NCBI GenBank assembly: GCA_964493715.1
Contig: CAZBPC010000006.1
Span: forward strand, 61,292-89,644
Reading direction: 5' to 3'
DNA from: an uncultured archaeon
GTDB taxonomy: Archaea > Asgardarchaeota > Lokiarchaeia > Sigyniarchaeales > SOKP01
DNA: 28,353 bases
The notes under the pieces are model-generated. The model was not told the DNA's origin, ran no database searches, and saw only the letters and a list, made by a program, of their open reading frames with translations. The first letter of the stretch is position 1; each line of letters opens with the position of its first letter. This document shows positions 1-8,773 of this stretch, piece by piece. Made by a program: the position numbers and the translations under genes.

Positions 1-587
1 TTTTGGTTAGATAACACATTTCCATAATTGACTGCTTGTTCATATAATTCTGGGTTTGAAAGCTTAAATTTGAGAATTGCATCATCAAATATCTTATCGA
101 ACAATTCAGCAAAATCAGTTTGCTGATTGTGTATCTCAAAACAATAAATGAAATTTAATTCTTGTGTTTTTCGAACTAAACTCAATCTACTAATCCTTAG
201 TCTGTCTTCACTGATTTTTTCGCTTTTTAAATTCATATCCACTGCTGCTAATACCTTGGAACCTTGGAAATTGTATAAATTATAAAATTCAAGAAAATTT
301 TCTTTTAGAATCTGAGTAATTGAATGTGGGTTATATAAATCAATAATTTGTATTATACCATCCAAGCACTCAATAGAATTATATACATCAACGAAATCTT
401 TAACTTTTTTAGCTTGAAACACTTTAACTTTCAATGGAATCGATTGGTAAATTATCTGAAATTTATTATTTAAAGGAGATGGAGAAGATGAAATTGCTAA
501 ACGAGAGAGGAATTCAAGAATCATATCCTTTCCCTTATTTTCTTCTCCAATGACTCCTAAATTCAATTTGTAATTGATTTTTTTCAA
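1..587 (-). CDS. Degenerate small-GTPase-fold protein (pseudo-GTPase), 3' end runs off the window
   Basis: Not in the ORF track; translated by hand. TTG start at 587, preceded by SD-like GGAAGGAGA. Open for 195 codons to the edge: MKKINYKLNLGVIGEENKGKDMILEFL...LKVKVFQAKK...LDGIIQIIDLYNPHSI...KVLAAVDMN...FIYCFEIHNQQTDFAELFDKIFDD. The layout matches Rab-like GTPases, but G1 ends GKD and G3/G4 are lost. Confidence 0.7.
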   Translation of the reverse strand, partial: MKKINYKLNLGVIGEENKGKDMILEFLSRLAISSSPSPLNNKFQIIYQSIPLKVKVFQAKKVKDFVDVYNSIECLDGIIQIIDLYNPHSITQILKENFLEFYNLYNFQGSKVLAAVDMNLKSEKISEDRLRISRLSLVRKTQELNFIYCFEIHNQQTDFAELFDKIFDDAILKFKLSNPELYEQAVNYGNVLSNQ

Positions 588-692
588 GAGATCTCCTTCC
601 TACAAAAATAAATTTATTATAAAAGCTAGTTTTAATCTTTATAATATAGATAAATAACTGTTCTATTAATTTTTTGTTTAAAGAATAATAAA

Positions 693-1610
693 ATGATGAT
701 TATTTATCTTCTCTTGGTTTTAATGATAGGAATATGGGGTTTCTCATTTGTTCTTGTAGATATAACATTTGAATTTATGCTTCCTCTATCCGTGGTTTTA
801 TACCGCTTTTTCATCGCGTCATTAACATATCTAATTATCGATTTTTGTTTATTTACAAAGAGAAAATTAAGAAATGAGTTTGCAAAAAAGAGACCCAAAT
901 ATTCAAGAAATGATTGGATAATGATAATCTTATCAAGCTTTTTTGGTGTTTCATTATTCTTCCTAGCTCAATATGTATCTATTGAATTAATTGGACCCTC
1001 TTTACCTGCTTTGTTCGTCTGCTTACTCTCTCCAGTATTTATCGCTCTTCTTGCTTTATTTCTCTTCAAAGAGAAATTAAGTAAAAAAAAAATATATGGA
1101 TTCGTTATTGCCTCCATTGGTGCATTTCTTTTGGTAACTGGAGGAAATATTCAAAATCTTACCCCTGAGTCACCAAATTTTATTGGATATTTTTTCGCTT
1201 TACTTACACCATTTCAGTGGGCATTATATTCTTCTTTCACTAAAAAGGTATCCAAAGGAAACTCCAAGATGAAATTAAACAAATATATAAGTTATTTTGG
1301 AGTATTTGAAACCTTTTTTATTATTTTATTGACTAACCAATTCACAGACTTTATTGAAAATCTATTTAATCCTATTGCATTTCTAACCGCTATTTACCTT
1401 GGGATTGGGTGTTATGTGCTTGGATATTATATCTGGCAAAAATCTCAGAGCACGTTAAAATCTTTTAAAGTAGCGTCATTTTTATATATTGAACCATTCC
1501 TTACGTTAATTTTTTCGATTATTTTGCAGAGAGCAGAAATTATTGTTTTGTGGAATATAATTGGAGGAATAATCGTTTTAGGAGCTGTACTGCTTATTAA
1601 TTACAAATAA
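693..1610 (+). CDS. EamA/DMT family transporter
   Basis: 305 aa, about 10 hydrophobic segments in two repeats; IWGFSF, LSPVFIALLA..LFKEK and FLYIEP..T motifs typical of EamA. Confidence 0.9.
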   Translation: MMIIYLLLVLMIGIWGFSFVLVDITFEFMLPLSVVLYRFFIASLTYLIIDFCLFTKRKLRNEFAKKRPKYSRNDWIMIILSSFFGVSLFFLAQYVSIELIGPSLPALFVCLLSPVFIALLALFLFKEKLSKKKIYGFVIASIGAFLLVTGGNIQNLTPESPNFIGYFFALLTPFQWALYSSFTKKVSKGNSKMKLNKYISYFGVFETFFIILLTNQFTDFIENLFNPIAFLTAIYLGIGCYVLGYYIWQKSQSTLKSFKVASFLYIEPFLTLIFSIILQRAEIIVLWNIIGGIIVLGAVLLINYK

Positions 1611-1635
1611 AGAGAATATAAAATAATAATTTTAA

Positions 1636-3063
1636 TTATTTAAGATGGTTCTTAGTAATTCGACTTAATTCTTTAAAAAGAATATCATCAATAGGTTTAA
1701 TGGCTGGTTTAGACTCCAATTTTTTTGCCTCAATTTTAGCTCTTTTTCTCGCTGAATTCGCTCCAGCATCATTCCAAGCATCGCGTGACATCCTATCAAT
1801 GACAGGTCCCGCAATAAAGAATTCTTTTCTAAATAGATTCAATGTTGATGGATGTGAGAGCAATTCTTCTGTTTTATTATAATCTTTTAGAATATCTAAA
1901 GCGAAAGGAGTTCCTCGATCCTCAATGCCTTTTAAAAACCATTTTACCATTCCAATGACCTCATTATCGATTATTAATTTCTCCACACTTTGGGTTGATT
2001 CAAAATCAAGCATGCCTGGACCAGATACCATGTTAATCCCTGCAAGTCCTGCTAAGAGAGCACCCATTCCTCCTTCAAATCCCGCTTGAGCATCTGGGAT
2101 TTTAGAATCACTCAAACTCATATAAGCATGGGTAGGCATTTTTAATAATTTACCAATTTCCACATCTCCCAGATTAATCATCATTGTTTCAATTGCGCCC
2201 ATAGGAGTAGTTCCATATTTCATATCTAATATTGCAGGAGATCCTCCCCAAATCAAAGGAGCACCCGTTTTAGCTAATTGGGCAATAACAACACCTGCTA
2301 AACATTCTGCACAATGTTGAGTTATTGATCCAATTAGGGTAATTGGAGCATTTGCACCTGCGAGGGGCATTGAAACGAATTCAGAAGGAATCATGCTTCT
2401 TGCAGCATCAATGAGTGATTGAGTGGTTAAATCTGACCATTTTAGTGGAGGGCTTGGACATGCATCAAATATAGCAAGTGGTTTTCTTGCCAGATCATCT
2501 TCAGACAATCTACAAGATAACAGAAGTTCTCTCATTATTGAGAAGCTCTCCTTTTTAAATGTTCCTGTAATGACTGGTTTGTAGCAATTGGACAATGCAA
2601 TAAAAAGTCTATGCCAATCTTGGGCTTCTTTGGGCACATCTTGATAAACCAAAGCCGTGCTTTGCGCTTCAATATATTTTAAATGATCAACTATTTTTGA
2701 AAAACGAATAAAATCATTCAAAGTTGCTTCTCTAGTTTCTCCAGAGTTTTCGTCTAAAATCAGAATTGCCGCGGAACCGGGATCAAAGTGTACATTGTCA
2801 TCTTTAAGAGTCATGTGTTCCTTCCCTTCTCTATCATATAAAACAATTTCATGTGGAACAGATTTTAAACACTTTTCCACTAAATCTGGAGGAATCAAGA
2901 ACGATAACCCTTCATTATTTACTCCTTGATTTTTTAATAACTCTCTTGCTTGTTTATTTTCCACAAATACTCCAAAAGTTTCCAATATCTCTTTTGCTTC
3001 ACTTAATATTGAAATCTTGTGTTCTTCATCTAACACTTTTATTTTTGGTCTTAATATTGACAT
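1636..3063 (-). CDS. Trimethylamine methyltransferase (MttB) superfamily protein, non-pyrrolysine (MtgB-like quaternary-amine:corrinoid methyltransferase)
   Basis: SPPLKW, PLAGANAPITLIGS, SDSKIPDAQAGFE and GPGMLD motifs. The residue before SDSK, where Pyl sits in MttB, is Leu; no in-frame TAG. Confidence 0.9.
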   Translation of the reverse strand: MSILRPKIKVLDEEHKISILSEAKEILETFGVFVENKQARELLKNQGVNNEGLSFLIPPDLVEKCLKSVPHEIVLYDREGKEHMTLKDDNVHFDPGSAAILILDENSGETREATLNDFIRFSKIVDHLKYIEAQSTALVYQDVPKEAQDWHRLFIALSNCYKPVITGTFKKESFSIMRELLLSCRLSEDDLARKPLAIFDACPSPPLKWSDLTTQSLIDAARSMIPSEFVSMPLAGANAPITLIGSITQHCAECLAGVVIAQLAKTGAPLIWGGSPAILDMKYGTTPMGAIETMMINLGDVEIGKLLKMPTHAYMSLSDSKIPDAQAGFEGGMGALLAGLAGINMVSGPGMLDFESTQSVEKLIIDNEVIGMVKWFLKGIEDRGTPFALDILKDYNKTEELLSHPSTLNLFRKEFFIAGPVIDRMSRDAWNDAGANSARKRAKIEAKKLESKPAIKPIDDILFKELSRITKNHLK

Positions 3064-3076
3064 ATTATGTCTCCCT

Positions 3077-3952
3077 TCACAAGTTCATTTCTTTTTTAAT
3101 TTCTTGAATTGTTTGAGGTGTTGTACCACAACATCCTCCCACAATTTTTGCCCCCAAATTTATTATCTTAACAATATCTTGAGCGAACTCTTGCACAGAT
3201 TGGTCATAAACGGTTTTAGATTCTTCAAGTCTAGGTTTACCAGCATTTGGTTTAATGGATATTGGTCTATCCGTAACGTTATTAAATTCTTTCATTAAAT
3301 CAACCATTTCATTTGACCCTAGAGTGCAGTTTGATCCAATAACATCTGCTCCTTCATTAATCTGGATTTCAACACATTTTTCCAAGGAATCTCCCATAAT
3401 AGTAAAGAATCCCCTTTTGGTTTTTTTATAGGTCATTGAACTAATAATTGGTTTAGAAGACACTTCCTTTATAGCTCGAATTGCAGCTCTCATTTCCTCA
3501 ATATCAGAAACTGTTTCGATGTGCCAAAGATGGACTCCTGAATTTAGAACCTCAACTTGTTTTTTAAAACTTGATTGCCACATGTCAGTTGTAGCTTTCC
3601 CCACTGGAGGTTTAAATACACCAGAAGGACCGATATCCCCAACGATGAGATGATTTTTTGGACAAATTTTATTAATTATTTCTAAAGCTTTTTGATTGAT
3701 TTCCACTAAACGTTCCTCAAGCTTATGATTTTTTAGGTTTAGATAGCTGGAGCCAAACGTATTCGTTTGGACCATATCGGAACCCGCTTCATAATAAGCT
3801 TGATGTATGCTCCTAATAACTTGAGGTTCTTCAATATTTAAGAGATCTGGTAGTTTTCCGGGTTTAATTCCTCTTTTAATAATTTCTGAACCCATTCCCC
3901 CATCAAATAATATTTTTTTTTTTTCATCTTTTAACCATTCTTTAAATAACAT
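3077..3952 (-). CDS. Homocysteine S-methyltransferase domain protein (stand-alone MetH N-terminal module)
   Basis: FDGGMG, TNTFG, GDIGP, ET.SD..E, and Zn-ligand motifs GSNC and GGCCGTTP. SD-like GAGGGAG upstream. Confidence 0.92.
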   Translation of the reverse strand: MLFKEWLKDEKKKILFDGGMGSEIIKRGIKPGKLPDLLNIEEPQVIRSIHQAYYEAGSDMVQTNTFGSSYLNLKNHKLEERLVEINQKALEIINKICPKNHLIVGDIGPSGVFKPPVGKATTDMWQSSFKKQVEVLNSGVHLWHIETVSDIEEMRAAIRAIKEVSSKPIISSMTYKKTKRGFFTIMGDSLEKCVEIQINEGADVIGSNCTLGSNEMVDLMKEFNNVTDRPISIKPNAGKPRLEESKTVYDQSVQEFAQDIVKIINLGAKIVGGCCGTTPQTIQEIKKEMNL

Positions 3953-3970
3953 CTTACATCACTCCCTCAA

Positions 3971-4609
3971 TCAGAGTTCTTTTACTAATTTAACCGCATC
4001 AACAGCACTATCAGCATATCCATCAGCTCCACATTCTTCAACCCATTTACGTGAAACTGGAGCCCCACCTAAAATGACTTTAAATTGTGAACGTAAGTTT
4101 CTCTCTTTTAATATTTCAACCACTTTCTTTTGCCCCGTCATTGTTGTTGTCAGAAGCGCAGATACTCCAATTATATTTGCGTGTACTTTAATCGCTTCAT
4201 TAACTATTTTTTCGGCTGGAACATCTGCTCCCAGATCATGCACATCATAACCATTTGCGCTAAGCATTGTTCCTACAATGGTCTTCCCGATGGAATGAAT
4301 ATCTCCTTCTATAGTTGCGATTACTATGGTTCCACGATTAAATGTCTCAGAATGCTCTTTCAAATGAGGGAGTAATAACTCCATTGCTGCTTGCATAATA
4401 TTTCCTCCTAACATCAATTCTGGTAGGAAAATTTCTCCTTCATCCCAGAGATCTCCAACTCTTCTTATCCCTGCCCCTAATCCGTGTTCAACTACGTCAA
4501 GCAAATTTAAACCATCTGTAATAGCCCGGTTGGCTAGTTCTAAAGCTTTTTCCTTATCTAAATTTACGATTGCTTCTGAAATTTCAGCATTTAATTTTTC
4601 ATTTGACAT
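3971..4609 (-). CDS. Methyltransferase cognate corrinoid protein (MttC/MtbC-like B12-binding protein)
   Basis: Cap domain (GEIFLPELM), GDIHSIGK (DxHxxG), DLGADVP, SALLTTTM, GGAP. Confidence 0.93.
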   Translation of the reverse strand: MSNEKLNAEISEAIVNLDKEKALELANRAITDGLNLLDVVEHGLGAGIRRVGDLWDEGEIFLPELMLGGNIMQAAMELLLPHLKEHSETFNRGTIVIATIEGDIHSIGKTIVGTMLSANGYDVHDLGADVPAEKIVNEAIKVHANIIGVSALLTTTMTGQKKVVEILKERNLRSQFKVILGGAPVSRKWVEECGADGYADSAVDAVKLVKEL

Positions 4610-4725
4610 ATATCTCTCAATCTAAAACTCCAATATCAATACTTTTAATTTAATTTTGTTTTGTAATTAATATTTCGGAAAAAATTAAGGCATTATCGGT
4701 AATAACACTATTCCTATTCGTAAGG

Positions 4726-4746
4726 AATTATACATAATGTATAATT
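4726..4746. promoter_or_regulatory. Perfect 10-bp inverted repeat, possible operator of the corrinoid operon
   Basis: AATTATACAT-A-ATGTATAATT, about 120 bp upstream of the corrinoid gene start. Confidence 0.35.
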
Positions 4747-4797
4747 ATTATTGAGAGAATAACTTATTTAGATGATATTTTATAAAATAAAATTTTA

Positions 4798-5877
4798 TTA
4801 TTTTAACTCAATTTTTTTCTTGATTATTTTCGCTATTAAATCAGCACCATCTTCTGGAGGTATAATTTTCTCTTCTTTATCTCGAAGATAAATCGCTCCG
4901 GAAGGACATTTGGATACACACACACCACATCCAATGCACCGCTCTCGATTAACATGTGAAACGTCATTCATAATAATAGCATCCATGGGACAAACCTCTT
5001 CACATGTACGACAACCTGTACATCCTTCCTCATCTACTTCTGAAAAATAATTTGTCGCAAATAATCTAGCCGGCTTTTCAAGCATATTAGCGTGAGATAA
5101 AATACCACAACAACAACTACAGCAAAGACAAAACCCTCCGGCGTTCTTAATATTTCCGGGTTGAATCACAAGTCCCTTTTCTTCAGCTTCTTGTAAAATC
5201 TGTAATGCCTCTGCTTTAGTTATTTCTCGAGCATCTCCAAGATCGAGATATGTCTGACTATTCACCATGCATCTTTCAATCATATCATGTTTGCATTTTT
5301 TTCCTATAAGCTCCCTTGATTGAACACATACACAAGGTGCAACAGCATAGGGGCCCTCCACATTCTCGAGAATTTCTCGAGCATTATCATAGCTCATTAG
5401 GTTATTTTCATGAGTGATAGCAGCGTTAATAGGAACTGTTCTCATCTGAGGAATTCCTGTCTTCTCACCCAAAAACTCCTTAATAAATGGTAGATCATAT
5501 TCGTCAAAAGCCTCCGCCATTTTTTTAGTAAGTCTATTAACGTGGGTTTCAAAGAACCCTATAGCATATGGCAAATTCCCGTAAAGTTTTTTATTTGTCC
5601 TAGGATTGACATTCTCATAAATAATTCTCTTTTGTACCATAGAATCTAATTTTTGTTCAGTTTGCTCCAAGGACATACCAAGATTTTTGGTTCTTGAGTA
5701 AATTTTCTTCAGGGATATAGGAATATATTCCAGGAAAGTAGCAAGGAGAGCTTCATCTGGCAAAAAAAATGCCTTTAAAACCTTTATATCTGCACCAGAT
5801 TCGGTAGAAGGAAATCCAACTGGCATGCTATTTAGATGTATTTGCAAATTACGGTAAATTTGATCATCTTGAGCCAT
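4798..5877 (-). CDS. 4Fe-4S dicluster-domain (ferredoxin-like) protein with an N-terminal extension
   Basis: CTGCRTCEEVCP and CIGCGVCVSKCP, plus PCVC and CLCCSCCCG Cys clusters. Confidence 0.88.
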   Translation of the reverse strand: MAQDDQIYRNLQIHLNSMPVGFPSTESGADIKVLKAFFLPDEALLATFLEYIPISLKKIYSRTKNLGMSLEQTEQKLDSMVQKRIIYENVNPRTNKKLYGNLPYAIGFFETHVNRLTKKMAEAFDEYDLPFIKEFLGEKTGIPQMRTVPINAAITHENNLMSYDNAREILENVEGPYAVAPCVCVQSRELIGKKCKHDMIERCMVNSQTYLDLGDAREITKAEALQILQEAEEKGLVIQPGNIKNAGGFCLCCSCCCGILSHANMLEKPARLFATNYFSEVDEEGCTGCRTCEEVCPMDAIIMNDVSHVNRERCIGCGVCVSKCPSGAIYLRDKEEKIIPPEDGADLIAKIIKKKIELK

Positions 5878-6003
5878 AATGTCTCATTTTTTTTTAATTA
5901 CTATTAGAATATTCAAAAATTAAGAACATCAGATCAATTAAGAAAGTAACTGTTTTAAGACAGAAAATTAAAAAAAAGATTTTTTTTGATTATTTTAATA
6001 CAT

Positions 6004-6717
6004 TTAAGAGGTTCTTTGTGGATGTGGCATGAAATTATACAACCATAATGCAAATTCACGTGGATTTCTTGATTGCATGATAACTCTTCCAGGACCCTTT
6101 AATTGAGCAACAACACCTTCTCCAGAAAGGAAAGTTGACTTCAAACCACCAACTTTCTTGATATCAAACGAAACGCTAGATTCCATTGCAACAAGATGAC
6201 CATTATCGCAATTAAATAGTTGATCCTTCTCCAAGGAAACTTCCATAAAAGCTCCCATAGAACCAATAAATAAATCCCCAGGACCGTTTAACGCGTCTAT
6301 CTGCAAATAAAACGCTCTTTCACCACCAAAAAAGGACCTCTTTAAACCTAAAAAGTTTGTTTGCGTTTCAAAATGCACTGAACTCGCAACAAAACATCCG
6401 CTAAATAAAATCCAACTATCATTTTGATTTAATGGAAGATGCATTAAATCTCCAGGGAAAGCCGGAGCTAGCCCCAAACTACCATCATCTAGAGCTTCAA
6501 AAGTATTCATAAAAAAAGTCTCTCCAGCAAGCACCCGTTTAAACGATTTTAAAAAACCACTCGATGCTTTCTTCGTAGATATTTCTAATGTGGGATCAAA
6601 AAATATCATCGTCCCTCCTTCACATTGAATTGTTTGACCCTTCTTTAGAGCTAATTCTATATAAGAAAAAGTAGGCTTTTTCCTTACTTCAAATTCATAT
6701 TCTATACCTTTTGTCAT
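6004..6717 (-). CDS. AIM24 family protein (TIGR00266-like)
   Basis: KRVLAGETFF.N.F, LAP.FPG, FFGGE, DNGHLVA, SGEGVV..LKGPG.V..QSR motifs. Confidence 0.9.
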   Translation of the reverse strand: MTKGIEYEFEVRKKPTFSYIELALKKGQTIQCEGGTMIFFDPTLEISTKKASSGFLKSFKRVLAGETFFMNTFEALDDGSLGLAPAFPGDLMHLPLNQNDSWILFSGCFVASSVHFETQTNFLGLKRSFFGGERAFYLQIDALNGPGDLFIGSMGAFMEVSLEKDQLFNCDNGHLVAMESSVSFDIKKVGGLKSTFLSGEGVVAQLKGPGRVIMQSRNPREFALWLYNFMPHPQRTS

Positions 6718-6963
6718 AAATTAACACTTTGCAATATTAATTATAGATTAAAGATCATTTCTAGTTTTATTAAACTTTTACACAATTCCCTTAATTCCAC
6801 CTTTAGGGCATCCATAGACAACATTAAGCCTCTTCTAAGAGGTGAATTTGAATTATTATTCCATTATTATTCAAATATTTAATATAACAAACATAAATAC
6901 ATTAAAACTAATACAATTTTAAAAACCATTATTGTGAATAATAGTAGATAAAGTGATTTAATA

Positions 6964-7452
6964 ATGAGTCGTCGATATTATGCTAAAGGAAAAAAGACGT
7001 ACGCAAAAAACCAGTCTTTCGAACAGGATCAGGTCGGAAAGGAAAAGGAACGTTATTTGATTAGCATATCCTTGATGAGTTTAAAAACTCTCAAGGATTA
7101 TGATATTATGGGGTGGCGCGGGGAATTTTATTTTAAATGTGATGGCGAAAAGCTGTTTAAAGCCCGTTGGCCTAACAAGGGAACCATCAAACTACAACGA
7201 AATCAGGAATTTACCTCCAAAGCCGATATGTCTTTATGGAGTCAATTTAAAACCGTGCGTGCCGATGAAAGTATCATAGTTCCCGTTAAAGTAATTTTAC
7301 GAGAAAAGGATCCAATGAAAAAGGACTCTACAATAGCTGAACAAGAATATGAAATCAGATTACCTCAGAAGACTGAATATGTCATTCTACAAGATGATAA
7401 GGAAAAAACAAAAGCTAAACTCAGAATACAAGCAACGAGGACACGATATTAA
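6964..7452 (+). CDS. Hypothetical protein, possible C2-like beta-sandwich
   Basis: 162 aa; patterns LKTLKDYDIMGWRGEFYF and VKVILREKDPMKKDSTIA resemble the two Ca-loop segments of C2 domains; basic N-terminus. Confidence 0.6.
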   Translation: MSRRYYAKGKKTYAKNQSFEQDQVGKEKERYLISISLMSLKTLKDYDIMGWRGEFYFKCDGEKLFKARWPNKGTIKLQRNQEFTSKADMSLWSQFKTVRADESIIVPVKVILREKDPMKKDSTIAEQEYEIRLPQKTEYVILQDDKEKTKAKLRIQATRTRY

Positions 7453-7603
7453 AAGACATACTTAATTTTTAATTTATTTATTTTTATTTTAAATCAATTT
7501 AGGGTTTGATTTAGCTGCTTATGCTCGAATCTTAAATATTCTGATTTCAAGAAAGATGAGATAGATACCTAAAATAGCTATTTTACGTGTTATAAAAATC
7601 GAA

Positions 7604-7825
7604 TTATTCCTCTTCGGAATATTCATTCGTTAAGTTGTTTGCAAGTTCAACTCCGAAATCAAAAAATGATTTCATTGACTCATAAAACAAATCTCCTATT
7701 AATTGATTCTCTTTATTATGTTCATTGGACTCAGTATTTGAATCATTCAATTCATGTAATAATTCTTTCTTTCTTTTTTTTAATTCTTCATCCAATTCTG
7801 GTATTCTTACTGGATCAATTTCCAT
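7604..7825 (-). CDS. Small acidic hypothetical protein
   Basis: 73 aa ORF with a strong SD (AAGGAGG), 24 nt downstream of the co-directional acyltransferase-like gene. Confidence 0.7.
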   Translation of the reverse strand: MEIDPVRIPELDEELKKRKKELLHELNDSNTESNEHNKENQLIGDLFYESMKSFFDFGVELANNLTNEYSEEE

Positions 7826-7849
7826 TATTAATTCCTCCTTTCTTAGTGT

Positions 7850-8539
7850 TTAAAAATCAGCTTTTCCTTTTAATGAATCGATGATATTGATAATATCTTC
7901 AGCTAATTCATATCGCTGATCCCGATATTTTTCTCGATTTAACCGTTTCTCAACTTTTAGTGGTGTTCCAATTTTTACCCGGATTCCTTGAGTATCGATC
8001 ATGTTCAATATTTTTGCTTTTTCCGTATAAATCGCAAGTGGAATAATGGGAGATTCAGCAGCCACCGCAAATTTTATAATTCCAGCCATCGCTTTTACTT
8101 GTATGTCTCGTTCTAATTTTGATTCTGGTGTCATTGCCACTAAATCACCTTTTTCATTGAGATAATGGAATACTTTATCAATTGGCTCAGTGTCTTCTTT
8201 ATCGAGAGTACTACGAAACATTCCTAAGGATTTCAAAACAGGACCAAAAATTTGATGTTTCATCATTTTATGATGAACCATGAAGTGAATTCTTCTCCCA
8301 GAGACTTGGCTGATAATCGCAATGTCTCGTAAAGAGTTATCACTAATAGTTGTTAATATAGCTTTCCCTAAGATCGGAATATTATTTTTTCCTTCAATTT
8401 TAAGATCTGTAAATGCTTCGAGACCAAATCCACTCAATCCTTTAACTCCAGCGTATAGCATGTCTAACACTAAATCCTTATTTGAAGATCCTTTCTTTTC
8501 CTCAGTGTCCGGTTTAATAGTAGGTGTAGTTTCGGTCAT
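7850..8539 (-). CDS. PlsC/LPLAT-fold protein with degenerate catalytic motifs
   Basis: IEGKNNIP..GKAIL, RRIHFM, MTPES (for FPEG), PIIPLAI, RVKIGTPL. The NHxxxxD His is absent (ISDNSLRD). Confidence 0.75.
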   Translation of the reverse strand: MTETTPTIKPDTEEKKGSSNKDLVLDMLYAGVKGLSGFGLEAFTDLKIEGKNNIPILGKAILTTISDNSLRDIAIISQVSGRRIHFMVHHKMMKHQIFGPVLKSLGMFRSTLDKEDTEPIDKVFHYLNEKGDLVAMTPESKLERDIQVKAMAGIIKFAVAAESPIIPLAIYTEKAKILNMIDTQGIRVKIGTPLKVEKRLNREKYRDQRYELAEDIINIIDSLKGKADF

Positions 8540-8773
8540 GAGATATCATATCACGATATTTATTTAATTAAAAGAATATTTAATTAAAAGATAAAGTCTT
8601 GTTACTATTAAAAGGTATTCATACGAATCAGAGTCTTCAAAAACTTAATAAAAAAGAAAGGAATTTTTAATAATGATTAATGTAAAACCTCAGAAATTAA
8701 TCTAAGTATTATCTAAAGTATAAAAATAATTAAAATTAGGATCACCACTTTATCTTCCATCTATGAAAGGAAA

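Noticed and set aside
1636-3063. Pyrrolysine-containing MttB
   Set aside because: No in-frame TAG; Leu occupies the Pyl-equivalent position.
3913-3924. 12-nt T homopolymer (also A10 at 1083-1092) as a phase-variation or frameshift site
   Set aside because: Frames are intact and encode Lys runs; such runs are expected in an AT-rich genome.
6793-6848. Imperfect hairpin in the AIM24/C2-like divergent spacer (CACCT/AGGTG, TTAG/CTAA, plus CCTCTT-CT-AAGAGG)
   Set aside because: Multiple bulges, no second copy in the window and no recognisable ncRNA or MITE features; too weak to call.
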